Shown in pieces: positions 50,183-63,600 of a stretch of DNA of 64,000 nucleotides (positions are counted from its first letter, which is position 1; the number at the start of each line of letters is the position of its first letter). The translations under genes and the position numbers were made by a program. The notes beneath the pieces were generated by a model. It was not told the DNA's origin and did no database searches. It saw nothing but the letters and a program-made list of their open reading frames with translations. This DNA comes from Antedon mediterranea. Taxonomy: Eukaryota > Animalia > Echinodermata. The stretch covers positions 10,021,888 through 10,085,887 of the forward strand of contig NC_092676.1 in NCBI RefSeq assembly GCF_964355755.1. Direction: 5' to 3'.

Positions 50183-53097
50183 GGGTTGGTGAAATCTGTC
50201 CATAATAGGTTACTTTTCTGTCCATAATAGGGGACTTTCTGTCCATAATAGGGACTAGAGGGCGCTGTTGTTTGTCCATAATAGGTAACTTTCATAATTG
50301 GCTGTCCAAAATAGGCGACTTTTTGTCCACAATAGGCGAGTTTATTGGAGTAGTGCGCCATCCATTGTGTTGTCCATAATAGGTGATTTTTTTGGCGTAC
50401 TCGTACATACGTAGTTTATTTCGCGAGTAGAAGTAATAGTATTATTAGTTAATACTAATTTGCTTTCTCTTCAGACTTCGAGGCTACCTAGGCCTAGCTA
50501 GTAGGAGGCCTAGGCCTAATTAGTAGGCCTACCTTACAGCAGGGAAGGAATACAAATGACATGGGCTCATATTAGGTAGATAGGTTTCCTACTACAAACA
50601 ACTAGGCCTATCCTCATTATCTGTTTTTTTATTATTTTATTTTTTTAATATGAATATTTTACAGACTAGGGCCTAGGCTAGGCCTACTCGTAACTATACT
50701 GCCTAACTGCAGGTCAGGTCTGGCGGACTAGTCACTATACAGTCTTTTACTAATACCACTGCCACCACCGCCCACTACTATACTTTGAAGACCGAAATCA
50801 GCTACTACTAGCCTAGTCTACTAGACCTATTGGTAGTTTGTCTTCAAATCACAGACATCTAGATTGCTAGATTGACCTATTTAAATTTTTGTTTTTTTAA
50901 ATTATTTTTTGAATGAATGAGTCTTATCCAGACAGTTCGGACAGTTAGTAGGTTGGCAGTATAGTAGAGCCAGAGCTATTGTTACTGTATGTTATTAATT
51001 ATGTCATCTATTTAAATCTCAATTTTTCCATATTTTTTGCATGTATCAAAGATTGTGTACAGTGTATCTTCTGATCAATGTTATAGTACAGTAGCATGGA
51101 CATTAACCAGGGTAAGTAACAGATAGGCCCAACTTACAATTGAAGAATAATACTTTACATACAACCCACTAGGCCTACATCTTTTAGGACATTTTTCAAT
51201 ATGACCAAGATACTGTAAAATCCCAAGAAGAAACCTATTTAGAAAAAGTATTTGTTTGCAAAAGTAATCTTCGGAAAAGAAGGATACAATTTAGTCAAAC
51301 ATTTTTAGAGAGACAAACTGAATTTTATCAGTACCGTAGTAGAAAAACTGACAATACATGAAAATTAATTTTTAACATTCTGATTTGAAATATTCTATTC
51401 ATTTGAATTGCTAAGAAATTAAAAGTAGATATTTTTTTTTTCATTCATTATAAACATTACAATCACAGTACAAAGAATAGATAAATCCACTAACAAATTC
51501 ATGCAGAAAATATTTCAAAATTTAATTGAATGTTATATTATTAAAGCATTCATTCAATAAAGCATTTGTCTTTAAAACATTTAATATCAGTTTTCATATA
51601 GTGAGTATGGTAATAATTGACTCTAACAACTGGTATAAACTTAAATTTAGTAAAACAATCCTACATATCTTTTTTTAAATGCAATAAAATATTTAAACAT
51701 AACTGTTTCCCACCATACTGTTTCCCACCATACAACATGAAAATTTGTCTCAGCATTACTAAGATTGAAGTTACTTGCATTATAAAATACTTAAACATTA
51801 TTATAGTATTTAAATGCTTCCTTTTTTTTTATTATAGGCATACAGATGTTTGATATTCTGCTCATATACAGTATGCTGCTCAAAAGAAAAAGTACATCAC
51901 TTCAACATATTATTTTTGATCATAATCATCGATCAATAATTATACTGTAGTAATAAACATAATAATTATGGTGCATTTTATTTATCCTTGCTATTTTTTA
52001 AATTGTAGTTTAACCATGTTTTTACACTTTTAAAATTAATATAATTCAGTATTTTTTTAATGTGATTTAGATTTTGAATAAACTGTTCTGAATACAGAAC
52101 AAAGGTGTTGCTTGTACACTGCGTGTATGTAAACTTGATTTATTGTCGTATTTCTTATTATTAAACATTAAAATTGATTCATTTAATTAAACAATATAAT
52201 AAATGGATGAGATGTGCTGCTGTTGATACACTTTAGACTGGGATGGTTTGTCATTGAGCTATGTGGATCCAGAATTTTGAAATAGGGGAGGACCTAAAAT
52301 GACGAAATGAAGTGCTGAACTGTGATGTCTTTTTCAATATTAAATTGATTTTTATTATTACTGTTAACAAAACAAAATAAGTCCAAAGAAAAAAAAAATA
52401 CAACAATTACATTGAAACACCAATGCATTTATAAAAATAACAGTTTACATTTTCATTATCTTAAAAAAATAAAACTTTATCAATATTATCATTAGAGTAT
52501 TATGGGGTATTTTTTATTTTTGTAAAAGAACGTGTGGGTTTGGTGATTTATTTAAACTTGCAATAGTATGGTAAGTTGCGTAATGTCTGTCCGTACTATC
52601 AAACCTAAAATGAAGTTCAAATTAAATTATTTGTTGCTGAATAAATTTCACATTTCATTATTATTAGTGGACAATAACAAATGGACTAGGCCTAGGCCTA
52701 GGCTAGTAGTACTAGTAGGCCTATAGAGGTAGCCTAACTAACAGGACTAGCCTAGCTAGGCCTAGGCTAGAAAGACTTAAATATTTATATACTAATTAGG
52801 CCTCCTAGGTAGCCTCGAAGTCTGAACAGAAAGCAAATTAGTATTACTTCTACTCGCGAAATAAACTACGTATGTACGAGTACGCCAAAAAAATCACCTA
52901 TTATGGACAACACAATGGATGGCGCACTACTCCAATAAACTCGCCTATTGTGGACAAAAAGTCACCTATTTTGGACAGCCAATTATGAAAGTCACCTATT
53001 ATGGACAAACAACATCGCCCTCTAGTCCCTATTATGGACAGAAAGTAACCTATTATGGACAGAAAAGTAACCTATTATGGACAGATTTCACCAACCC
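50183..53097. mobile_element. Non-autonomous foldback/MULE-like element with ~310-bp TIRs built of ~21-bp TGTCCATAATAGG subrepeats
   Basis: 50183-50490 is the reverse complement of 52803-53097. No TSD; the two flanks are unrelated. Confidence 0.85.
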
Positions 53098-53880
53098 CGC
53101 TCAAACATCGAGTGCATGACCGCACGTGTGTGTGGGCTAGCCTCGCTCGATCCTTTTATCGAGAGGCGCACGTTTTCACGGAAAATCGTATTCGATTAGT
53201 ATCTATGTATCCTAGAAGTGTGTACGCTAGGTCTATGCTATAATCAACTGGAGAATATACTAGTCGAATACTGTACACCATGTGGTTGCCAAGAAGGGCT
53301 CGCTCGCGCTGGGGGTACGACGGTCGTGCGTATAACATATATAATACTATTCCAATCGTAAACGTTTACAAATGAAATTTTATCGGAGCGCCTAAAACAG
53401 CTCCATAATGAACAAATCTTTTCATCATATTTAGTACAAAATCACGCTAAAATGCCTTGAAAACTAGCAGGTTGCTGTTACGCTAGTACACTGTAGCTAG
53501 GCTAGGCCTACTCTTTAGTAATACTAAGTAATAGGCCTAGGCCTTACCTTAAAAAGCCCAGGCCTAGCCAACGAGGTGGCGATATCTACGTGTGTTGAGG
53601 CATTTATGTTCGGTGTATAAGACAATATTAATTTAGAGGTTAAATTTGCGTGTCAAAGTGCGATTATACACCGAAATATACGCTACGTTATTATTTTATT
53701 GTTTCATCCTCGCACATTCGATTTTTACACCTTTTCGGCCCAAAAAAATCATAAAAAAAAAATTTTTTTTAAAGCGCCCTCAACATAAAAAAAAAACTTT
53801 TTCTTATCTCCGCCCCAAATTTTTGGCGAAATAAGGGGCGGCGGATGACAGCAAACAAACTATTTTTTTTTGTATGGCCT

Positions 53881-56800
53881 CATGCGAGAAAAATAATGTA
53901 GTATCATCGGCGAAGGACACAACCTGTAGAGTGTACTGACACGAGTCAAGTCATTTACATAATTAAGAACAATAACGGTCCCAGAACAGAACCCTGTGGA
54001 ACGCCACAAGTTATGTCCTTCGTCGATGATTTACATGAATCCAAAGAAACAAATTGCTTGCGGTCAATAAGATAACTTTTGAACCAGTCCAAAGCTATAC
54101 CTCTGATCCCATATTTATCAAGTTTGGAGAGTAAAATTTGGTGATTTATAACATCAAAGGCTTCAGATAAGTCTAGAAATATGCTTAACTGAAATAAATT
54201 ATTTTCGAAAGATTCAGTGATATTATTTATAAGTTAAGAATGGCATGACAAGTGGAATGTTTAGGTAGAAAACCATATTGATGATGGTTTAAGATATCAA
54301 ATTTATTTGGATAGTCTAAAAGCCTTTTATGCATGAGTTTTTCTAATAATTTTGAAAACACTGGTAGAATAGGTATAGGTCTGTAGTTAGATAATAAACA
54401 GGTGTCTCCTTTCTTAAATATAGGAGCTACCTTTGCCAATTTCAATTTAGTTGGTACTGTACCTGAGCAAAAAGATGAATTTATGGCAAATGTTAATGGA
54501 TTTATAATACACGGAAGAACAGCTTTAATTTGCGAGGAGATAAGTTATCATGCCCACCTCCTTTTTTTTTTATGTTTGAAGGAATTTTAAGGGATCTATA
54601 GCTGAAGCAGGTAAAGACTTATTGATATCAGGCCCTATGGATGAATGTAAGGTCCTATATGTATATTTATATAGAGGGCGCATTTCATTTCAACATTGTT
54701 TTTCGTTCATGTGCAAGTTTTTTAGATGATCCCTGTTTTGGGGAATAAGACATGTGCGCGCCTAAGGTTGTTGTAGAGCAGACATAAAATGGTCGCAAGG
54801 ATGAGACCATCTGTCATAGGCGTCTGATAATATACTATTATAAAATTGTTACGCGGAGAAAGACCATAGGTTTTGGTGAGCATCCGGTTTATTATTAACT
54901 TTAGATTGATATTATTTAGTTATTGTTTGATTTATAGTAGTTTGAAAGGCCCTAATTTTCAAATGAACTTGAAATCAATTGAACTTTAAAAGGAACTGGA
55001 AATCAAAGGAACTATCAAATGAACTTGAAATCAAACATCAAATTGGACAGCAATGTCAGACACTGACGGTGAACTAAAATGCACCTGCCTCCCTTGGGAA
55101 GACCAGTCCGAGAATAGTCAGGGGGGCAGGAAACAAAGAAAATAAAACGAGGAGGATTGTAGTGCCTGGCGATTGGCTAGTGGCTACGTCATCTATACGT
55201 CACAGCCAATCGCCGGGCCTACGCGCACTCAACCCCCGAATCCGGCCGGCCTTGGGACTTGCCAGTGGCGAGATACGTCACGACCAGCCCCAGGCGTTGA
55301 ATGTGCGAGAGACAAAACTCTATCTCTTGAAGCGAAGACATAACCGAAGGAAGACATAAAACTATACCCATCAAGTTACTAACCTAAAGGATTAGGTGAG
55401 TACAAACGATGAGTGTGTAGTTATACCGAAGAGACTTAATTGTCCTCCTAGGTGAATAAGTAATATAACAGTCTCTTTACTATATCATTGTTGTCACGAG
55501 GCTGGTCAAGACGTTCATTAATTTCAATGTGTTAATGTTGATATAACAATTGTAGGCCATATCTGTCCTGTATAGTAAGGAAGGCATTTATATTATGTAA
55601 TCAGCATCTCAAGTGTAATTTACAGAGAATTATTTAAGTGTTTATACAGTATTGTGATTTATTACACATATACGTTGTTCTGTGTAAGCCGATAGAGGGC
55701 TGTACATTGAGAGTTTTGACGTTGCTACGACGACAGGGATCGTCTTTAAATTGTTGTTATTTGCATGATTCGTTATAACATGGTACTGCTGTATGTTAAC
55801 ATAGGCATTTATATTTGTCTGTTTCTTACTAGAAACGCCACAAGCTACATGCATCACAGGTTTGACAGCTTAAAGGAGGAAATAAAAATAAGGAATAAGC
55901 AGTATATTGTGTGTAGTCTTGTTGTTGTCTACCTGAATCTAACTCCGTGAACAGAGGTCGTTACAATGAAAAATAATTGTTAAAATGATCACATATAGAT
56001 TTATCATTTTTTATTATGTTATTTTCGATTTTAATTGAATTTATTTTATTGGATACTTTTTTGCTTGGACTTACAACCGAATTTATAATATCCCAAGTAC
56101 TTTTTATATTTCCTTTAACTTGTTCAAATTTATGTCTATAGTAGTTGGATTTAGCAGTACGACACAGTCGAGTAAAAATATTTTTATATTTAGTGTAAAT
56201 TAATTTGTGGTTTGCATTTTGTGAAGAGATATATTTTTTGTATAATTTATGTTTATGTTTACTTGATTTAATTAAAGAGGCGCTCATCCAAGGCTGTTTA
56301 AAAGCTTTGTGTTTTGGAATAATTTTAGTAATTAGATGTTTATTGTGTATAGAAGTAAATCAATACAAATATCAAATGAGAGCTTAGGATCAGAGTTATA
56401 TACATCAGACCAGTCCTCTTGCATTAAACTGGTACAAAATGAGTTATGATCATTTATTACATAAGAAATTCTTTTGTTAGACGTTTTTTCGAAATTGTGG
56501 TCAATAAGTTGGAAAATAGGAAGATGATCAGCAATGTCCGAAATTATAATACCAGAAGTTATATTTATATTTGTCTGATTCGTATAAAAATGATCTAATA
56601 GAGTTGCACTGTTTGTAGTAATTCGCGTAGGTTTGGAAACAGTAGGATAAAACGAATGGGATAGAATAATGTCTAAGTAATCAGTTATTGAGTTTTGATT
56701 GTGGAATTTTAGTAAATCAATATTAAAATCACCCATTAGGTTGCAATGTTTGTTTTCAATATTGATACGAGTAAGTAATTCATCTAAGCATATAGAGAAA

Positions 56801-58420
56801 TCAGTAATATTAGAACTTGGAGCCTATATATGATACCAATTATTATATTTTTCTTGTTGTTTAATATAATTTCAACAAATAAAGAGTCACAAATATTTCT
56901 TGGAAGGGCAAGGTCGGTTCGAACACGGATATTTAACTCGTTAAGTAAAAACAGTCCTACGCCACCTCCAGTACTATATTGTCTATTACTTGCAAAAAAA
57001 AGTGTAATTGTTTAAAAGGGGGATTGTTTGTTATCATTTAGCCAGGTCTCTGATATACCAATTATGGAAAATTTAGTGTGCAAAGAATATAATAAACTGT
57101 CAAAAGCATCAGACTTATTTGAGAAGCTTCTTATATTCAAATGCACTAAAGATAGTTTGGGTTTAGTTAAAGAGTCATGCAGGGTGTTAAATTCAGTTAT
57201 ATCATAATATTTACAATGATCAAATGTATTGGATCTAGTGGTTAAGTGATTAATTAGCATATCAGCCTGAGTATCATACCTATTTTCATTTTGAATAAAA
57301 GGATTAAAATTTGGTTCAAATTTTGAATTTAAATTATCGCTAGTGCACTGAACGCCAACAGGGAGATGAGAAGATCCATTTACATTCATAAATATATAAC
57401 AAATAAATGAAAGAATAACAATAAAAAGTGTATATGTAATAATTACAAGGTTCACAGTATAACAACTAAGTGATATTGATTATCACGCGTATGCATTGAC
57501 ATAAAAATAAATAAAGTACAAATCTGCTACTTTTAAAAGGTCCATAAAGTAAGCTTCGAGTAGGCCTATTTAAGATCATTCTGATAGCGAGACAGATCAG
57601 ATCGGGAATTGATGACTAATTTCTTCATGCTGTTGGTTAGTATACATATCTTGCCGTCTTGGGTCCAGGTGGCCTTGATCGATTTTGCATATGTATGTTT
57701 CACTTCACGAAGCAGTTGAGATCGTTTTGATGTTAAACTTTCGTGAATAAAATAAGGTGAATCTTTGAAACGTTTCTTTGCCCTGAAGATTTCATTTCTC
57801 ATTTTGTAGCTGGCAAATTTAATGATAATCGGCCTAGTTTTGGACTTGTTAGTGATTGCCGCCATGTTTCGTCCAAAGCGATGAGACCTGTCAATGTCGA
57901 TAGAATCGATAGAGACATTTAAGTTTTCTTTAAAGATCTTTATCACTTCTTTATCCGTATTTTCTTCTTTTTTTTTCTTGTATTCCGTGAATTACTAGGC
58001 AGTTTCTTCTAGAATACTGTTCAGTAGAGATCTAATTCATTTTCAAGTGCAGAGATTTTGTTTTCTAGACTACATAACTTATCATTGATAACGTTTGTAT
58101 CGAACTTTAGAGACTCTCTGATAAGGTCAGTTAGTTTCCCGGTTAGTTGATCATGTACCACTTTTGATACAGCCTTGGAAATCTTCAGCGTAAAATTTGA
58201 GTCAGAAGCTAAACACTTTTGTAACTCAAAGTCAATTAGTTCTTTTACTTCAGCTATATTAATTACGTTACCTTGTTTTCGCGCCGCGGCTCTAGCCAGC
58301 TATGTCCCAGGAGGACACATTTATTAATAAGCTGTTTCATAGCGGTAGCTTTAGTATCTAAGGCTGACAGTTTTGTGAATTTGGAAACTCGACTATAATT
58401 TATAGGTAGCTGCTGGACCC
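53881..58420 (-). mobile_element. Degenerate two-ORF CR1/L2-group LINE (ORF1 + EN + RT), interrupted by a solo LTR
   Basis: ORF1 ~58300-57566: EQYSRRNCLVIHGI, DIDRSHRFG, RPIIIKF. EN 57455-56330: HLNIRS, ISETWL, GDFN, ADHLPI. RT 54640-53881: NYRPIPIL, GVPQGSVLGPLLF, FADDT. 5' limit approximate. Confidence 0.88.
54646..55965 (+). mobile_element. Solo LTR (1320 bp; BEL/Pao- or Gypsy-type)
   Basis: TGTAAGGTCC...GGTCGTTACA termini; 5-bp TSD ATGAA (54641-54645, 55966-55970). AATAAA near 55880 followed by a GT-rich tract. The LINE frame resumes across it. Confidence 0.85.
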
Positions 58421-59132
58421 AAAAAACGTCTGGGAGAAGAGAGTCAATATGAAAGCCTTTGCTGATAATACAGTATTATTGAGATGTAGACGGAAATCTG
58501 TAAAATCTTGTTCAATAAATAATAACTTCGTTTTTGCTGTCAACCAGGCCGGTATTATAATAAATTACTGTCAAATAATCATTCGATAATGGTCAAAACT
58601 TTATTTTGGCTCTGTCAACATAAAGGGAGGTATTTACAATAACTTTCTTTTGACTGTCAATCTAGGCCAATGTTATAATAATACGCCGTCAGATATTAAA
58701 TCATTGAAACAGTCCTGGTAAAATTTTTTTTGGTTATCAGATGCCGTGGGGGGGGGGGGGGTCCAATCAATTATCGTCAGAAGGTGAACAATCAGTCTAG
58801 GTAGCAGCAGCAGATTATTAGGAACGCCTGCTCCATTAATTAATCCAGAAAAAGGTTTGTACATTATCTATTTGTTTATTAGCCTTCTCCTAACACAATT
58901 ATATTTTCTTTAAAAAAGGGTTTTATAAGTGGTTTCAACATTTATGATAGTAATGTCACAGTTCTGTGTCTGGACGCAACTTCATAGACCTACTAGTTAT
59001 ATTATTCATATTAACTGATACTTACTCTTCATTTACCGTAAAGTTCAGTTTTAATGAAATATATAATATAAATTGGCTTCGTAACAATTAATTATCGTTG
59101 AAAAGGTTAGTTTTTTGGTGATAGGTGAAAAT

Positions 59133-59486
59133 GACACTATGACGATAACGACGGACGATAAATATATAGCATGCATTTCTTTTACATAAACCAAAAGAAA
59201 TTAGAAAGGTTTTCGTTCTAGACCTATAGGATAATCATTTATGCTGTCTTTGATAAAAATAATGTTTTTCAAATTCCAATCAAATGACGTCATGATAAAT
59301 AAAAACAATAAAATCGCTGTATTGTCACGATATTATTGGTCTTACTAATCATGACGTCATTTGATTGGACGTGTGAAAATATAATTTTCATCAAAGGAAT
59401 TGTTTATATTTCTTTTAATTTATGTATTAAAAATGCACATTTGTCTATTTATCGTCGATCGTTATCGTCCTAGTGTATGGGCCTTA
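59133..59486. mobile_element. Palindromic MITE, probably Harbinger-related, left end decayed
   Basis: ACACTATGACGATAACGA / TCGTTATCGTCCTAGTGT and TCCAATCAAATGACGTCATGAT / ATCATGACGTCATTTGATTGGA. The right end reads TAA-GGCCCATACAC on the minus strand. Confidence 0.6.
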
Positions 59487-59649
59487 TGCTGTAAATGTTC
59501 AATTAATTGATCATTCCGATTTTATTAGTTGGACTCTTGCACAGTTGCTGTCTAATCGTTGTTGTGTAATATCATTTCGAACCATATGTGGCTGTGCATG
59601 GAAGTCCGGTCTACAAAAACTCGGGCCCGGGATATATATATATATATAA

Positions 59650-59958
59650 TAATACCACATTTATATAGCGCCCTTTTCATGAGTAATCATGCTCAAAGGC
59701 GCTTTACAAGCATTATTACCCCAGTATTTGTTTTGGAATCAAACACGTATGGAAACATACTCCCATAATGCAGCCGGTAACCAGCGCAAAGTTGTGTCTA
59801 GATCTAACTGGGTACCCATTTATACACCTGGGTGGAGAGAGGCAACGTAAGTAAAGTATCTTGCCTACGGATACAAGCAATGCGATGAGAGTTGGATTCG
59901 AACCTAGGTCTGACGATCGGTAGTCCAACTTCCAACACACTGCGCCACACGCCCGGAT
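59650..59958 (-). mobile_element. tRNA-derived SINE with CORE-like middle and L2-like 3' tail
   Basis: A box TGGCGCAGTG, B box GGTTCGAATCC. Middle GGCAAGATACTTTAC..CCACCCAGGTGTATAAATGGGTACC. Tail GTAAAGCGCCTTTGAG..GGGCGCTATATAAAT. Confidence 0.8.
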
Positions 59959-60193
59959 CATTGTTATTGGGCCTGTTTACTTTATCGTTTTGATTTAGCT
60001 TTTCACTTTTTATTTTTGTATCTCCATTGAGATCCAGCCACTGATACCCACAGCATTGTCATTTTTTTCAGTAATTTGCCTTTGGATTTATATATATATA
60101 TATAATTATAAATCAAAGAGCTGCATAGGCAGGATATAGAAAAAAATCAAGATCAAATAAGTTAAAACTGCCTCAATATAGATTTATTTTAAC

Positions 60194-60221
60194 GACATGT
60201 TTCGGGCATAGCCCATCATCA
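60194..60221 (-). ncRNA. 5'-truncated Penelope-type hammerhead motif between (TA)n runs
   Basis: Minus strand TGATGA-T-GGGC-TAT-GCCC-GAAAC-AT-GTC. The first core C and the 5' stem I strand are replaced by TA repeat. Confidence 0.6.
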
Positions 60222-60699
60222 TTATATATATAATTATGTTATTATACAATTGAAAGCAAAACCCGTTGAATCTCAAATCATTAGGACTAGAAATTTGGCT
60301 TATCAATCAAATAAATACTTTCGTTCAAAATAAAACTCCAACCTCTCTAAAAGATTGAACTCGAAAACGGACCGTTTTTTGAATTGGGTATGTTGAAACA
60401 TTTCAATATTCATTTAAAAAAGTACATTAATTATGGTATTGATCAGTGGCTATAGAGGCGTAAAAACCCTCGGTCAATATCATATAAAATGCACTGTGGA
60501 AGGGTCATTATTAAGACTGCAAAATTGGGCTTATCAACAAATAAATACTTTCGTTCAAAATGTAAAATCAAGGCTGAAAAATTGGGCTTATCAACAACAA
60601 AATATTTTATTATTAGATGCGATAACATCAAGGATAATCAGTATAATTATTAATATAGCCACTGTTACTAGTTTTATTCTACATTCTAAAGTAAATAGG

Positions 60700-63600
60700 G
60701 TTTCAAGGTTGTCACAGCCGGGAGTGGTATTGGGGTTAAGCTCCCTTTACCTAAAAAATGCTCCCATACGGTGTGCGTCTCAAATAGCCTCTGACAACTA
60801 AAAGTCCAACTCCTGGCCTGCACGAATGGCTTAGTTCTTTCTTTAAGCCTGGCGAAACCTGCTTGCTACTGACAGGAGAAGGGACGAAGGCGAGCCACTG
60901 GCGCCTCAAAACCAGAAGCTTACTTGGACAGGTGGAGTTCATCAGCCGTGACAGGCAGTTCACCTAGGAGAAGGAAAACTCTGATTTCAAACCTCCGCTG
61001 CCTTGCGGCTATATCCATCCTGGAAAAGGCTTCAGGAGTAAACCTTAAGGACAAATCCGGAGTGAAGCCCCTAAGGTGGTTTGGAACATTGACTCGATCT
61101 CCTTCCGGCAGCTTCTGCAGCCAAACTGGTACCATACGTATTGCTCTGCTCTCCTATGGACTTTATCGGTAAAGGCCGAGAGGGGGATTCTGCTGACTGG
61201 GCATCGCAGGGTCCCCATATTTTTCTTCGCCCAGGCGTGCGCCCTGGAGAGGTCACTTCAGTGCTGTTGTAAAAAACGGCTAAAATCCACACGGGAGACA
61301 GCAGTTTACGAGTGATAAGCCAAGACCAATTGGCGTAGGTCAAGGCGCTACGGGTTGTCTCCGACGGTGGGAGGGACCATCGCAGTCCCACTGGTCAGCT
61401 ATCACCCGCCTCAAGCCGAGCAGCCCTCGGCCAGTAAGATGCTGACCCGCCACAGTCTGCCTGCTTCAATGGGTGCTTGGAGCTTAGGATTCTTCCGACA
61501 AGCGGACTGTAACTACTGCACCAGGCAAAAGATTAAAGAAAAGACTAAAGAATACTACCTTGCGATTTGCAAGCTGGAATGTCAGGACCATGTGTCCTGG
61601 CTTTTCAAACGACCCACGAACGACCAATGACTTAAGAAAGACAGCTATCATCAACCGTGAGCTCAAGAGGCTCAACATCGATATCGCTGCATTACAGGAG
61701 ACAAGACTCCCCTCGGATGGCAGTATAAGAGAAAGGGACTACACGTTCTTTTGGCAGGGGTTGGAACCTGACCAACCACGACTCCATGGAGTGGGGTTCG
61801 CTGTTAGAAACTCTCTTGTAGCATCAGTCGAACCACCATCCAAGGGCACCGCCCGAATCCTCTCACTCCGCCTATCAACATCTTCGGGCACAGTAAACAT
61901 CTTGAGCATCTATGCACCAACTCTTTGCTCAACACCCGAGTCTAAAGATGAGTTTTATGAAGAGCTGGACTCTGCCATCAGAGGAATCTCAGACACAGAA
62001 CATCTGTATTTGCTTGGCGACTTCAACGCCCGTGTGGGATCTGACCATTATTCCTGGCCCAGGAGCATTGGACATTTTGGTGTAGGAAGACTAAATGAGA
62101 ATGGCCAGAGGCTTCTGGAGCTCTGCAGTTATCATGACCTCTGCATTACCAACACATTCTTCTCCACCAAGCCTCAGCACAAAGTGTCCTGACGACATCC
62201 AAGATCTCACCACTGGCATCAACTAGATCTCGTCATCACTCGAAGATCTTACTTAAATTACGTAAACATCACTCGCAGTTACCATAGTGCAGACTGCGAT
62301 ACTGATCACTCTATGGTGCGCAGCACAGTGTGTCTCAAACCAAAGCAAATTCATCGCTTCAGGCACATAGGATGCCCACGCATCAACACAGCTAATACCA
62401 ATCTGCCAGACCTGTGCGCTCGTTTTGCCCAAACCATCGATAAAATGCTGAAAGACTGTCCAAAAGCCAACTCTGAAATGAGATGGGCTCATATTCGTGA
62501 TGCCATCTATACCTCCGCCAAAGACATCTTCGGCGTGAAAGAGAGGAAAACCCCTGATTGGTTTGAATCAGGAATTTCTGCGATGGAGCCAGCTTTAGAG
62601 GCAAAGCGTGCAGCGCTAATTGACTACAAAAGAGACCCTTCAGAAAGAACACTAGAGGCTCTTCGTAAAGCTAGAAATAACTCTCAAAAGATAGCTCGAC
62701 AGTGTGCCAACCAATACTGGTTGAACCTCTGTCAAGATATTCAACTCTCTGCTGATCATGGCAACACTGGCGCCATGTACGCTGGTATAAAAAAGGCCTT
62801 TGGACCTAGTGCAACGAAGATCGCACCATTAAAGACCGCCTCTGGTACCATCATAACTGATCGTGGAAAGCAGATGGAGAGATTGGTAGAGCATTACCAA
62901 CAACTCTACTTGAGAGAAAACATTGTCACTGACTCAGCCATTGAGTGCATAGATTATCTCCCCATAATGGAAGAGCTCGACAATCCACCTACACTGGCGG
63001 AACTAAGCAAGGCCATTGATATCTTGGCTTGCAGTAAAGCCCCAGGAAAAGACGGTATCCCACCAGAGGTCCTCAAGGCTGGTAAACGCTCCACATTATT
63101 ACTACAAAACCTACACGAGCTTCTGCTACAATGCTGGGAAGAAGGCTCAGTACCCCAGGATATGCGTGACGCAAACATCGTTACACTGTATAAGAACAAA
63201 GGCGATCGCAGCGACTGCAACAACTATCGTGGAATATCCCTTCTTAGCATAGTGGGTAAAGTCTTCGCACGTGTTGTACTAACTAGATTACAATCACTTG
63301 CAGAACGTGTCTATCCTGAAGCCCAGTGCGGCTTCAGAGCTGGAAGATCAACCATCGACATGATATTCTCAGTGAGACAACTACAAGAAAAATGCCGTGA
63401 GCAGAGGCAGCCCCTGTACATTGCCTTCATAGATCTAACGAAAGCCTTCGACCTTGTCAGTAGGAAAGGTCTCTTCTCCCTACTACAAAGGATCGGATGT
63501 CCTCCAAAGCTTCTGGGAATAATCACCTCCTTTCACGAAGACATGCACAGCGTTGTGCAGTATGATGGCTCATCTTCAGATCCTTTTCCCATCAAGAGTG

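Noticed and set aside
50167-53119. Twin ORFs MAHYSNKLAYCGQK (50167-50361 minus, 52919-53119 plus)
   Set aside because: They are translations of the ~21-bp subrepeats in the two TIRs, not genes.
60290-60605. Three copies of AAATT(T/G)GGCTTATCAA.CAA
   Set aside because: Short local duplication with no further structure; ORF 60433-60801 merely reads through it.
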